Source: Chiloscyllium plagiosum (taxonomy: Eukaryota). From it: a stretch of DNA of 20,000 bases. Of this stretch, positions 19,862-20,000 are shown in pieces. The position numbers were made by a program, and so were the translations under genes. A model generated the notes under the pieces. The model searched no databases. It was not told the origin of the DNA and saw only the letters and a list, made by a program, of their open reading frames with translations. The DNA lies in assembly GCF_004010195.1 (NCBI RefSeq), contig NC_057711.1:80993394-81013393 (forward strand), read 5' to 3'. Position 1 is the first letter of the stretch. Every line of letters begins with the position of its first letter.

Positions 19862-20000
19862 CCACTCCTGTTTATATCTGTCAGCCAGAGTTCCCTGATT
19901 AGCCCAGGTTAACAGTCCCACTCAGGCATATCATACTCAACGAGATCCACACTGCCTTCATTACAAACAATACATTCCTCCCCCCCCCCCCCCACCCCCA
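19862..20000 (-). mobile_element. LTR retrotransposon (Gypsy-like): polypurine tract and U3 part of the 3' LTR
   Basis: Minus strand G-rich PPT (20000-19975) is directly followed by TG-initiated TGTATTG... (19974), a CCAAT-like CTAATCAG and TATAAA (19876-19871). Confidence 0.6.

Overview
Eukaryotic, repeat-rich, mostly non-coding DNA. The repeat repertoire (HE1/V-SINE-like, DeuSINE-like, CR1, Penelope, L1, Tx1, LTR) points to a cartilaginous fish, most likely a shark (inference). No intact protein-coding gene is recognisable. From left to right: (i) a CR1-group LINE (+; 1-589 and 3176-3914) lacking most of its RT domain and split by (ii) a decayed Penelope-like element (-; 590-3175; RT + GIY-YIG) with an 11-bp target duplication, three pseudo-LTR copies, a ~210-bp-arm hairpin and three hammerhead-ribozyme motifs; (iii) a 3.8-kb L1 (-; 5225-9057) with both ends, a 13-bp TSD at a TTTT/AA site, a YY1-like motif and a deletion that joins ORF1 in frame to post-endonuclease ORF2; (iv) a second Penelope-derived mini-hairpin with a hammerhead-like core; (v) several SINE and CR1 remnants; (vi) a chimeric LTR/Tx1 end. 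Several minus-strand splice-site pairs in unique sequence may be exons of an unidentified host transcript (low to moderate confidence). All family assignments come from motif recognition by eye; no database search was run.
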